Shown: positions 22,441-33,770 of the stretch, piece by piece
How the letters are laid out: each line of letters opens with the position of its first letter
Position numbering within the stretch: position 1 is the stretch's first letter
Assembly (NCBI RefSeq): GCF_001194135.2
Contig: NC_068981.1
Location: forward strand, 81,562,162 to 81,605,053
DNA length: 42,892 nt
DNA from: Octopus bimaculoides
Lineage: Eukaryota
Reading direction: 5' to 3'
The notes under the pieces: model-generated
The model's database searches: none
What the model was told of the DNA's origin: nothing
The model's input: only the letters and a program-made list of their open reading frames with translations
Made by a program: the position numbers and the translations under genes

Positions 22441-23199
22441 AATTGATATGTCAGGTTCTGAAAGTAGCAAAAAGCATTACAGTGCAGCTAATCAGAATAT
22501 AGCTTTTATAACATACTGTCGGCTCACATGACCTTATCTGAAGGCTGCGATTGGTTGGGTTGCATCTTGGCGCGCAATAGAACAAGAGACAAACTGCGCC
22601 AATACCAACCAATCAGAGTGGTGGACACAACAGGGTCCAAAAGTGCGGCCGAAGGCTAGCTGTTACCCACTACGTCCGTATTCATGTATATATAACACAC
22701 ACAGAAAGAGAGAGAGAGAGAGAGAAGTACGCTACAATAGTCTAGTTGCTTTCCCAGCTGTTATATCCATAAAAAGCCCTTTCAGTTGTATAGTTATCAA
22801 CTTCAATATCAGGTGTCTCTATTGTGTCTGGTTGGAGACTCCCTTCCATGTGTTTTACTTATACAATAATCTCTCATAGTAGCATTTCCTTACCTCCTCC
22901 TTCTCAGCATCAATGATAGTGAGTGTGATGTTAATACTCTGTAACACACTTTTCAACAATAACATCTCAATTTACACTGACACATTGCCTCACAATCCAG
23001 AAAGAACTCATGCTTGTTTCTCACAACATAGAATATTGGTTAATCTCTTACTTTCAACATCTCGTCTTACTAGGTATACCTGATGTTTAGTTTATCTTCA
23101 ATCTACCTAATATTGTTTCTTGTGTTCTCCTTCCTTCCATCCTTTTCCAGTCTGCCTCTTGGTTTTTCTGTTTCTCTACAGTACATCTCCACCACTATA

Positions 23200-23400
23200 T
23201 CATTCTCTATTTTATTAGAACCTTGTTTTGTCTATAGATTTTGAGGTAATCTGCTGGAAACTTCGTGGCAACAGTCCTTTTCTCGTCTGTCAGTTCTAAC
23301 AGTAATGCATAAGCAGAAATCACTGTTGCTGTCCTATTTCCTATGATATAAGCCTAAGCTCAGTTATTCTGATGCATATTCTGACCACCTGAAAAACAGA
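23200..23400 (-). mobile_element. Decayed RTE endonuclease fragment
   Basis: Minus-strand reading includes GNRTATVISAYA and DEKKD, resembling the RTE APE motif xISAYAP..G...EK. Heavily mutated. Confidence 0.45.
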
Positions 23401-23905
23401 AAAAATTAATGTGAAAGATTAAATATAATTGTTCCTACACCTAATTTTTATCTCATTGTTTCTGAAATACCTAGCATATTTGACCAAATATGTTGAACAT
23501 GTGTCTGAACTGTTACCTAGTATGGCATTTCTATTTTTATTTATAGGTATAGAATAGGACATCATGCAGTTTAGAAGTCACTGTATTCCTATGACAACAA
23601 TGACAGGGTTTTCTGCATCAAAATAGGTTTAGAATTATACCAGAATGACTAATGGAAATGAATCTAATCTGAAAAGCAATTTAGGCATTGATGTAACTTA
23701 TTTTATTTTAAAATTACTGTTGGATTGTTTTAAAATCCTCATCATTCCTTTCCATTTTAATACTCTATTCCATTCCACCTTCAAACTACATTTGTCAAAA
23801 TTAACACAATTCCAATGTATGAATTTCTGTTTTAGGAGAAAATTTAGTCTCTAAAACAGTAATTAGAACTTTATATGACATGTATCCCTCTCTCTATTTT
23901 GATAG

Positions 23906-23955
23906 GCCTGTACTGACTGGTTTCTGAAACAATGTAATCTAGAGATGAAATCCAA
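23906..23955 (+). CDS. FPGS: FPGS exon E9: ACTDWFLKQCNLEMKS(K)
   Basis: GATAG acceptor after pyrimidine tract, AA|GTACGT donor (phase 2, matching E10). Aligns with human ACVRWF. Confidence 0.85.
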
Positions 23956-24499
23956 GTACGTAGTATGAAGTAATGTGCTGTTTCATCAAATTATTTTATA
24001 TATCCTTTTTTTCATTATGTATTATACTGTTTTATTCCTACCCTTTCTTGCCAAATAACTTTTTGTGCATTTTTCTTTCCTGATCCTAACACTGCTAGCT
24101 GAAAGTAACTGTAAGAGGTGTGTCGTGTGTGTGTGTGTATGTGTATAGGGGTGGGGAGAGAGAGAGAAAGGCAATTATAAGTCCAACAGCTGTTTCTGGG
24201 GGTTTGGAGATCCATAATAATGTTGGTAGGTAAATGTAGTCCATCAGTTGTTGAACTTATANNNNNNNNNNNNNNNNNNNNNNNNNNNNNNNNNNNNNNN
24301 NNNNNNNNNNNNNNNNNNNNNNNNNNNNNNNNNNNNNNNNNNNNNNNNNNNNNNNNNNNNNNNNNNNNNNNNNNNNNNNNNNNNNNNNNNNNNNNNNNNN
24401 NNCATGCTTAAAACATTCATCATCTGAAAGTTTCCACCTTTTGCTTTCTCTTATTTTGCATGGATACATATATACATATTTTGTATTTCATACCCGATC

Positions 24500-24762
24500 A
24501 GCTCTTGTGCGGGTGGCACATAAAATACACCATTTTGAGCATGGCTGTTGCCAGTACCGCCTGACTGGCCTTCGTGCGGGTGACACGTAAAAGCATCCAC
24601 TACACTCTCTGAGTGGTTGGCGTTAGGAAGGGTATCCAGCTGTAGAAACTCTGCCAAATCAGATTGGAGTCTGGTGTAGCCATCTGGTTTCACCAGTCCT
24701 CAGTCAAATCGTCAAACCCATGCTAGCATGGAAAGCGGACGTTAAGCGATGATGATGATGAT
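24500..24762 (+). mobile_element. RTE 3'-tail element with (GAT)n tail
   Basis: ggtggcacataaaatacaccattttgagc...ggttggcgttaggaagggtatccagc...ggacgttaagcgatgatgatgatg. Confidence 0.85.
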
Positions 24763-25349
24763 GTTTATCTGTGTAACTGCCTCTATACACACTCAACTTG
24801 ACCCCTCTTGTAGCCTTTCTTTACCTTGTGGAATGGTCCCCTGTAAAGATGTCAGAGTCTAGATAAACTGTTTTGCTATATGTACCACTACCCACTGTAT
24901 CATCATCATCATCATCTTCTCTTTTGTCTTCTATATGTTTTCCTCTCCCTCCTTCCCTTTTCCCCTTCTTTCATTATATGTATCCACCCTTTTAATCACT
25001 CCATCCCCACACAATATCTTCTCCACATTCTTGTCCCACATACACACTTTTAATTTTTTATTCTTATTTCCTCCGAATATTTTCCTATCAACAAGGTCTG
25101 ATAGACACACAATGTAATAGCATGCCTTTGATGCAAGTCTGAGGAAGTGCCTCTCCAATGTCTAAAACCACAAATATTACATGATTTTTTTTTTTTTGAA
25201 TATTCATGTAAACTGGTGTTGCAAATGGAGATGGTAAGGAAACAGTTGTAACTTATAATTAAAGATGTGCTAAAGAATTCTTCTTTTCATTGGAATATAC
25301 ATGCATATACATATATATATAGGAGACATTGAAAATGGAGACAAGCGTT

Positions 25350-26358
25350 CTAGATGTTATTAAATTGTTTTGATGATATGAAGATATAAATAATTTAATA
25401 ACATCTTGAGCATTAAGGGAGCATATGATCGAATGATGCTTCAATCAAACCTATGCGCAGTCACCCAGTGGGCAGAAAAATGCAATTTGCAGTTAAACAA
25501 GGAAAAATTTGAGCTCATCCACTTTGGAAAAGAGGGCATACTCAAACAACCATATACTCTACTGTCGGGAGACCTACTTGAACTGTCGGATAATATCAGA
25601 GACTTGGGTGTAACTGTCGACAGCAACCCTAGCTGGAATGTGCACATCAAGAAAAAAGTTGCTGTTGCCTGCAGAATGTACTCATGGATCCTCAGAACTT
25701 TTCAATCTAGGGATCATGAAATCATCATCCTCCTCTTCTCCACATTTGCTAGGCCCCACCTTGAATACTGCTGCCCATTGTGGTCCCCCTACACAAAACA
25801 AGACATAATGAGGATCAAAGCACCACAAAAATCAATCACAAAAAAAATAAATAGCATGATGGGACTTGATTATTAGGCTCGTCTTAAACAGCTAAAGCTC
25901 TATTGTCTGCAACGTCACCGTGAGCGATACATTATTTGCATTATGTGGAAAATATTCCACCAATATTATCCAAATGATATCGGTATTATATTTACAATTC
26001 ACCCAAGACTAGGCCCTTGTGCAATGCGTCCCCTACAAAGGTTGAGATCGCATCACATAAGAACATTGCGACACAATTTCTTCACGGCAAATGGTCCTGC
26101 ACTTTTCAATGTTATCCCAAAAGAAATTAAAGTAGAAAAAGACCCCACGACTTTCAAACAGTACCTGGACAAATTCTTCCAGGATATACTGGATAAACCA
26201 CCTACACCTGGATACATCTCAACCAACAACAACTCTCTGCTTGAATGGTCCTTAGTGTCCCGAAATAATTAACTAAAACACTTTTCTAGGTGGTGCAATT
26301 GAGTTAGTCATGGCCTGGGCTGATAATGGCAGAAACCAATCTAAGTTATCTAAGTTAT
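25350..26358 (+). mobile_element. CR1/L2-type LINE, 5'-truncated 3' end
   Basis: Track ORFs 25406..25876 and 25943..26272: LQSNL..VTQW, RDLGVTVD, ARPHLEYCCPLWSPY, then RLKQLKLYCLQRHRER. Premature TAG at 25874-25876. Tandem tail (ATCTAAGTT)x2. Confidence 0.9.
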
Positions 26359-26659
26359 GAGCAGATCTAGACACTTTCTTGGCCCTCTTGCCCATAACAG
26401 AATGAAATGTCAAAGAAGAGGGGACTTGGTGCCACTCATTTCAGCTGAGTAGGTTGGAGCATTGTGAAATGAAGTACCATGTTCAATGAAAAAATGTGCA
26501 GCCCAGTCCAAGAATGAAATCCATATTATTATTACAATCTTGAATGCAACGTACACACCACAAGACTATACAGCTTCATGAAACTTAGATATTTGTTGAT
26601 CTAATGTTACTCTTTGCATCTTTGGTGTTTGATCTCTGCCTGTTATTTTCCATCATGTC

Positions 26660-26930
26660 TATTCCCTAAATGATGACATGCTGCCACTTTGGGCAGTCCT
26701 TGGCAACTGTCTCCCAGGTATTTGGGTCAATGGAACAGCAGAAGAGAGTGGTCTTGAACTGGTCCTGAAAATGGAATTTGGAGGTTTTGCATGGTCTGTT
26801 GCCTGAGGCCAACTTCGCCTGCAATAAAGCTCTTCTATACCACCTTTGACCTGGGCAGTCACTTCAGGCACTGGCACAAGCTCAATCACTGGTTTCAGAT
26901 CTAATACTCAGATATGGATTAATGCTGCCA
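26660..26930 (-). mobile_element. RTE (BovB-like) ORF C-terminal fragment
   Basis: Minus-strand reading GEVASGNRP...FQDQFKTTL..CSIDPNTWETVAKDCPKWQ resembles GEL..G.R..G.P.LR..D..K..L....ID..WE..A.DR..WR. Confidence 0.6.
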
Positions 26931-27095
26931 TCAATAAAATATGCTTGAACTTTAGCTATTCGATAAATTCATATTTCACATCATTTGAATACTGTTCTTT
27001 GTTCCTTTTTTTTACTCCCTCTCTTTCTTTTTACTTTGTATCAAAGTATTTACTTAATCCAGAGATCATAACTTAGTGGTGTTTTTCCTCAACAG

Positions 27096-27177
27096 ATCAA
27101 GTACAAAGATGATCCGTGTTTTGATGTTCACTGTGACTGGAGGAAGGAAAGTGAAAAATCTCCTCTCTATTTTAAAG
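27096..27177 (+). CDS. FPGS: FPGS exon E10: SSTKMIRVLMFTVTGGRKVKNLLSILK
   Basis: AACAG acceptor, AAG|GTAAAT donor. Aligns with human VRVLLFNATGDRDPAALLKLLQ. Confidence 0.9.
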
Positions 27178-27574
27178 GTAAATTGTTACTCTTGTTTAGC
27201 CCTAACTCAGCTTTATTTTTGAGCGGACACAGGATCAGAAGTGTGACAGTTGTGAACATTGTCTCTGATTCAGCCACAATGACAACATCTCTTTTAAATT
27301 TTTAAGTTGTTAGGTGTAGTCTGATGGATATTTGGCTGTTATTTCTAGTGTTAAAAGCACAAGTGTAAGGATTCACTCCATTCGTAATAGAAAATAATAG
27401 ATTATATAATGTAAAAGGGATTAACGATCCAGGCATATATCAATAAAGCACTCAATGTTTCATTATTTCATTTAAGAATGCTTATGGCAGATTATCTTTG
27501 AAATGGAGAAAGTATTTATGGATACATCTTTAAAGGACATATCTTTACCACTTAGGATTGCCTTAATAATGTTG

Positions 27575-27737
27575 AGGCGCAGGAGTGGCTGTGTGGTAAG
27601 TAGCTTGCTTACCAACCACATGGTTCCGGGTTCAGTCCCACTGCGTGGCACCTTGGGCAAGTGTCTTCTACTATAGCCTTGGGCTGACCAAAGCCTTGTG
27701 AGTGGATTTGGTAGACAGAAACTGAAAGAAGCCTGTC

Positions 27738-27785
<48 letters not shown>

Positions 27786-27998
27786 ATATGTTTGTGTGTC
27801 TGTGTTTGTCCCCCCAACATCGCTTGACAACCGATGCTGGTGTGTTTACATCCCCGTAACTTAGCAGTTCGTCAAAAGAGACCGATAGAATAAGTACTAG
27901 GCTTCCAAAGAATGAGTCCTGGGGTTGATTTGCTCAACTAAAGGCTGTGCTCCAGCATGGCCGCAGTCAAATGACTGAAACAAGTAAAAGAGTAAAAG
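27575..27998 (+). mobile_element. SINE family A, full-length reference copy with internal (TA)n(TG)n
   Basis: tRNA-like head with B-box-like GGTTCAGTCCC, CORE-like ccttgggcaagtgtctt, tail gtaaaagagtaaaag. Confidence 0.92.
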
Positions 27999-28084
27999 CA
28001 TAACATATATTTTTGGATATATTAATTTGACTGATATATTCTGCATCTGAATATGTTGACACAACAGAAACAATCATTAGTATT

Positions 28085-28550
28085 GTATGGTGGAATCACC
28101 TATTAAAGACGTGATCTGAGTCTTCAGACCCACACTTAACCACTGTCAGAAAATACAGCAAATTTGGAGTCATCAGAGAAACATGACAGTGTCCCAAGAT
28201 GCTAGTGGCCTGTTCACCATCTCACTGGCCCAATCTTTTCTCCACTTGATATTAGCTGGTTGAACAAGTGGCTTCCTTCTTACTGCTCTACCATAGTAGC
28301 CAAGTTTGTGAAGATACCTGGCAGCTGTTATGGGACTGACATCAACTTGTTCTGCTATGTCAGAGGCCTTGCAATGAGGATTACCTTCCACACGTCTCTT
28401 AAAGTGATGGATCCTGTCAGAAGGCCCTGGTTGACCTAAGTGCGGTGATGTGAACTTCTTCCCCTCTCTGGTGAATTGCACATTAACTCTATTAACTGTA
28501 GAAAGTGGGATCCCATTCACTCTATTAACTGTAGAAAGTGGGATTCCCTT
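28085..28550 (-). mobile_element. Tc1-like transposase remnant
   Basis: Track ORF 28173..28739 C-terminal half: GIPLSTVNRV, LHKLGYYGRAVRRKP, WDTVMF, then frameshifted SDDSKFAVFSDSG (WxxVxFSDESKF motif). Confidence 0.85.
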
Positions 28551-28599
28551 CCAAACATGCATGTTCCCCTCAATCCAAAGCATAGAAATCTTCAAGAAA

Positions 28600-29000
28600 C
28601 AGGTGTTAGAATGAATTAAAGTTTTCAAACATATAACATTTATTAAAAGCAAAAGATTGCTGAAGTCATGGAAAAAAATATTAGCAAAGGCCAAACCACA
28701 CACAATAGAACCAACAGTGAAAAAAGGCAAATGATCCAACTGTGGTATAAATGTTGGAGATCTGTTGTAAACAAAGACAGCTCTTCAAAATGGGAAAAAT
28801 ATCTTAATCTGTGCATTTGAAAATCTAATTTATAGAATATGTTCAGAATGTGGAGAAAACTACATAGGGCAAACTAAGATGTTCTTGATGCAGAGCATGA
28901 CTTTGCATAGATTACAATTTCAAACGTCATAGTTTGTGAACATATAGGCATATGTGAAGGTAAGAAACAACCACATTTTGTGATGTTCCTCTTGTATTAG
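28600..29000 (+). mobile_element. Penelope-like element GIY-YIG endonuclease remnant
   Basis: 28822-28932 reads NLIYRICSECGENYIGQTKMFLMQSMTLHR (N-IY-x-C-xx-C-xxx-YIGQT..L..R...HR pattern). Upstream KSKRLLKSWKKILAKAK resembles the PLE thumb end. Confidence 0.75.
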
Positions 29001-29103
29001 TTTATTAAGAACAAATAAAAGACTTTAAAAATTTTAATGGTAAAAGAATTAATATTTTGTTACGAATGATATTGTCATATTTTTCTATTTTTGTTATAAT
29101 CAG

Positions 29104-29167
29104 GAATGTTCATTTGATGTTGTAATTTTCCTGCCGAATCTTCAACATAATCCTAAAGTTATTGAAG
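29104..29167 (+). CDS. FPGS: FPGS exon E11: ECSFDVVIFLPNLQHNPKVIE
   Basis: ATCAG acceptor, G|GTAAGT donor. Aligns with human PCQFDYAVFCPNL. Confidence 0.92.
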
Positions 29168-29244
29168 GTAAGTGTTTAATACCATTTAAAATTCCTTCAG
29201 TACTTGCTATTTTTACTCTCTCCTCCCCTTCCCTTCCCATCTCC

Positions 29245-29708
29245 CCTCCCCTCTCATCTCCCCTCCACCCTGCCATCTCCCCTCCACCCTGCCATCTCCC
29301 CTCCACCCTGCCATCTCCCCTCCACCCTGCCATCTCCCCTCCACCATGCCATCNNNNNNNNNNNNNNNNNNNNNNNNNNNNNNNNNNNNNNNNNNNNNNN
29401 NNNNNNNNNNNNNNNNNNNNNNNNNNNNNNNNNNNNNNNNNNNNNNNNNNNNNNNNNNNNNNNNNNNNNNNNNNNNNNNNNNNNNNNNNNNNNNNNNNNN
29501 NNNNNNNNNNNNNNNNNNNNNNNNNNNNNNNNNNNNNNNNNNNNNNNNNNNNNNNNNNNNNNNNNNNNNNNNNNNNNNNNNNNNNNNNNNNNNNNNNNNN
29601 NNNNNNNNNNNNNNNNNNNNNNNNNNNNNNNNNNCCTGCCATCTCCCCTCCACCCTGCCATCTCCCCTCCACCCTGCCATCTCCCCTCCACCCTGCCATC
29701 TCCCTCCA
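29245..29708 (+). repeat. 19-bp minisatellite CCTCCACCCTGCCATCTCC spanning a gap (29354-29634)
   Basis: Period measured at 29281/29300. Same unit on both sides of the gap. Confidence 0.92.
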
Positions 29709-30352
29709 ATCACCCAGGGATAGTGACTTCGCATAGATAATTATGTTAAAAAGTAATATTGCTGGGCTTAGTATTTATTGCAGTGTAAGTTTTGATATGT
29801 GTTGTTTGTTTGTGGTGGTTGTTGTGATATGTGAAGTAATTATGTCATTGTACAGATGAAAAAAGACTAAGTTGTCAACTTCCTATTGATAGATGTTTTC
29901 ATTTGCTCTGCTCATGGAATCTGTGCATCTCTCGCTTGCTATTTTTGGCTCTTTCTTTTATTCTCTCTTTCTCTGTTTCTCAAGTATGTCATAAGCACTT
30001 TTCAGTCTTGTGAATTCCTGGAACTGCATCTACTTTGGGTAGTTACTTGTACAACAAGACTCCCCCTCTTTACTTCATTGATGATTTCTAAAGAAATGGC
30101 AGGGGGTGGTGGTGGAGAAGGCATGACCCCAATGACTTTGCTGGAGTTACCAGAAGGAAATCAAAGACAACTTCTAACTACCTTTGGGACTCCAGCTCCC
30201 AAAGTCAATAAAATGAAATTGGCCCTAATGCGACTCCCTTTCTTTTAATCTTGGGAAGAATAAAGACAAATTTGACCTTTGTGATATTTGAATATAGAAT
30301 GTAATTAGAATGTCTACTAAAACTTTTATTTTATTCTTAATATCTTGACTAG

Positions 30353-30678
30353 ATCTCAAAGAATTAGCCACCCTGGAGAATATGGAACATTGCAGAGATA
30401 TGCAGACTGTGTGGTATAACCTTCATCAGGAAATTTCTGAATGTCAGTATAAGTCAATTCGAAGAAATACAATGCAGGCTGTTAGTATTCTATGTCCTTC
30501 TGTCAATGATGCCTTATATTGGTGTTCTTCAGATGTTAAAAACCTTGTGAAGCCCTCATACAAGTTGATTGGTGTTCCTGCATTACTCAGAGGAGCTGCT
30601 CATAATCAGCTTCTTGCAACTGGTAGTCTTCTCTTGGTGGGAAAGCTGTTATCATTTTTAAATACAGATGAGCTTTAA
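30353..30678 (+). CDS. FPGS: FPGS terminal exon E12: (D)LKELATLENMEHCRDMQTVW...HNQLLATGSLLLVGKLLSFLNTDEL*
   Basis: ACTAG acceptor, phase 1. C-terminal TGSLxLVG motif, TAA at 30676-30678. In frame with track ORF 30382..30678. Confidence 0.93.
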
Positions 30679-30719
30679 AAGTTATGATTTTTCAAAAATG
30701 TATCTTCTGTAAATATAAA

Positions 30720-30725
30720 AATAAA
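30720..30725 (+). promoter_or_regulatory. Candidate FPGS polyadenylation signal AATAAA
   Basis: First AATAAA, about 40 nt after the stop. The region is A-rich, so it could be chance. Confidence 0.35.
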
Positions 30726-30779
30726 AATAAGAATAATAACAGAGAATTTGCACATAATATAAGTAACCCTTATAAGGGA

Positions 30780-31740
30780 AATAACGAAATAGATACTTTA
30801 TGGCTAATAATCCCTTTCACTATGCAAATCAAAAATAACATAGTAAAAACAGTTTTTAGTTTAATTAATAAACATTTGCAAAACGAAAAAACAAATATTG
30901 GGAGATAATTAATAACAAAGCAATAAGAATAGGATATAGTCTAACACACAATCTAGCTACCATCATCTCAATTAACAATAGAAAACTAGACAACTAGACA
31001 AGTAGAAAAAATAATAGAATTAATACAAACATAGATAATAATAATAATAATAATAATAGAAATGGCGTGGTTGGTGTTGATAATAATAATAATAATAATA
31101 ATAATGCTAATAACAGTAACAATGTAAATAATAATAATAATACTAATAACAGTAACAATGTAAATAATAATAATAATAATAATAATAACAGTAACAATGT
31201 AAATAATAATAGTAATAACACTAACATTAATAATCATAATAGTATAAGCAATAATAACATTATTAGGATCAACAATAACCAAAGAAATGATAATATAATA
31301 ACTTTTATTCCCAGTAACATAAACCTTGTACAGCAATGCAGAACATGTAACTGTAGAATAAGTAATAATTGTGTATTTAATAATAGCTGCATTAGAAAGG
31401 AGGTAGTATATCAATGTATAGTAAGTACACAATATGATAGTAAGGTATATGTGGGTGCAACAAAAAACAATATGAAAGAGACTTAATTATCACATTTATA
31501 CATTTAGAAACAGAAATAGGAGAAATTCTACAGGGTTAAGTAGCTACATATGAGAACTTAAGGATGGGGAAATTAATTATAATTTACACTGGAAAATATT
31601 AATATCAGCACCTGCATACAATAATAAAAATAGAAAATGTTTATTATGTATTAATGAATTTTTTTTTGTAATTGGGGCTAAAATTCCACATATTAACAAC
31701 TTTAAGGAACGTATCCTGTCTTCATAAAATTGGGTATATC
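30780..31740 (+). mobile_element. Penelope-like element remnant (RT thumb, CNCR linker, GIY-YIG) with (AAT)n expansion
   Basis: LWLIIPFT..KNNI...FSLINKH; IGYS; CNCRISNNCVFNNSCIRKEVVYQCIV...YVGATK; after a frameshift RLNYH..TF...STGLSSYI*ELKD...LHWKIL...Y...RKCLLCINE. Confidence 0.85.
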
Positions 31741-32084
31741 TTTTTCAAATACAACTAGAACCTAGTATTAAAATACCCCTACTGACATAATAATAGTAAT
31801 AATTATGTAGAGTTAACCATTGTTATTATATTATATTGTATTATGTAATATGATAATTATGCAGATATATATATAAATGAAGGTATATATTAAGTCAGAT
31901 ATAATTATATACATGAATATGTGATTATTTATTACTATAGATACTACTTTGGTATTTATATATGGATATGTGTGTATATTTGTGTATTTATGCAAACACT
32001 TGTATGTATATGTATATACATATATATATTTGTGCAAGCAATTATATATGTATATATTTATGTATGCACACACATGTATGTAGG

Positions 32085-32307
32085 TTAAGATAAACATGTA
32101 TATGTTTTTGTTTTCTGCTGAGGCTTATGTGTGTGGGGATATATATATGTGTATGTGGGTATGTATGTATGTATGTGTGTGTATGTATGTATATGTGTAT
32201 ATATGGTTGTGTATACATATATGTGTATGCATATATATATATATANNNNNNNNNNNNNNNNNNNNNNNNNNNNNNNNNNNNNNNNNNNNNNNNNNNNNNN
32301 NNNNNNN

Positions 32308-32390
<83 letters not shown>
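32085..32390. repeat. (TA)n/(TG)n/(TATG)n microsatellite complex with gap 32247-32307
   Basis: Read directly. Track ORFs here are low-complexity artefacts. Confidence 0.9.
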
Positions 32391-32392
<2 letters not shown>

Positions 32393-32459
32393 ATAGACTG
32401 ATATGCAACCCCATTATAGAACCGATGATTTAATTAATTAATTATTTGGCTGATTAATA

Positions 32460-32760
32460 AGTTGTTTGACCTAATTAAATCTAGAGTTACCCCCCTTTGT
32501 TTTATTTATAAATAAACTCCCTAACTCCACTGCATCCCTTAAATATAACATCAAAAATAATTAGATAAATAAATAGACGGATAGATATTTTTAACTACTA
32601 AATAACTAAGGGGTTTATTAATTAAGTGACTTAATATTACATGGAATCTTGCATTTTAGGCATTTTGTCAGATGGAGTTTTGCATTTGAAGCAATTTGTC
32701 AGCTATAATAGATGTTGAACAAAATTTGAGGAAATTTGTCAGCTATAATAGATTTTGAAC
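32460..32760 (-). mobile_element. Possible decayed Penelope-like RT fragment
   Basis: Minus-strand readings VVKNIYPSI (cf. DVxxLYPSI) and FIYK*NKGG (cf. YxQxxG). Many stops. Confidence 0.4.
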
Positions 32761-33214
32761 ATATTTTTAGCGATAATGACTACAATTTGGTAATATGTAG
32801 GTATAGTTATATATAGAAGAAGATATGAGGATTCGGAGAAGAATTTTGGGCGTAATTTTAGTGATTAATGACAACATGATGAAACAATATATACAGTCAC
32901 TTTTGATGTTTTGTCCCCTGTTTGAGTTTGGTCCAATTGGCTCCCGGCATGTATTTTTAACCATATAGTACCCATATGAGTTTGTAAATATATTAACGAT
33001 CCCCCTAGTTAGACTTATACATGTAATATTTTATAAGGGTTTTATAATAAATTTGTAACAACTTATCTCTCATATGCATTATATTAAAATAATATCCTCG
33101 TAATGTTATATAATATATTTTTTTAATAAATTTGTAAAACTTATCTCTCATATATATTATATTAAAAATAATATCCCCTTAGAAATATCACTTCAACCTT
33201 AAATTCATATTGGA

Positions 33215-33770
33215 CCCAAGAAGCATCAGATGTGGTGTGCAAGAGAGACAACTGCGCTGGTATGGTCATGTGGTACGAATGGATGAGGATAGCTGTGTGA
33301 AAAAGTGCCACACCCTAGCGGTTGAGGGAAACTGTGGAAGAGGTAGACCCAGGAAGACCTAGGATGAGGTGGTGAAGCATGACCTTCACACATTAGGCCT
33401 CACTAACGCAATGACTAGTGACCAAGACCTTTGGAAATATGCTGTGCTTGAGAAGACCCGTCAAGCTAAGTGAGACCATAACTTGTGGCCTGTGCCAGTG
33501 GTGAAACGAGCCCACTTAGGCGTACCTTTCTTTCATTGGACACTAAACTCAGCTTGCGAAGACATGTTGAGACAAGTGAAATCGAAATCAAATTCGATGA
33601 CAGCACCGCATGACTGGCATCCATGCTAGTGGAGTGCTAAGAGCACCGTCCAAGCATGATTGTCGCCAGGGCCATTGACTGGCCTCATGCCGGTGGCACA
33701 TAAAAAGCACCATTTGAGCATGATCATTACCAGCGTTGCATTACTGGCACTTGTGCTGGTGGTACGTGGA
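33215..33770 (+). mobile_element. RTE LINE 3' end (ORF C-terminus plus 3' UTR)
   Basis: Reads RSIRCGVQERQLRWYGHVVRMDEDSCVKKC...GRGRPRKT*DEVVKHDL...DLWKYAVLEKT, followed by the UTR shared with 4090-4334. Confidence 0.88.

Noticed and set aside
28560-28739. N-terminal half of the 188-aa ORF 28173..28739 as part of the Tc1 transposase
   Set aside because: That stretch is the antisense reading of a Penelope-like fragment. Tc1 similarity starts only near GIPLSTV.
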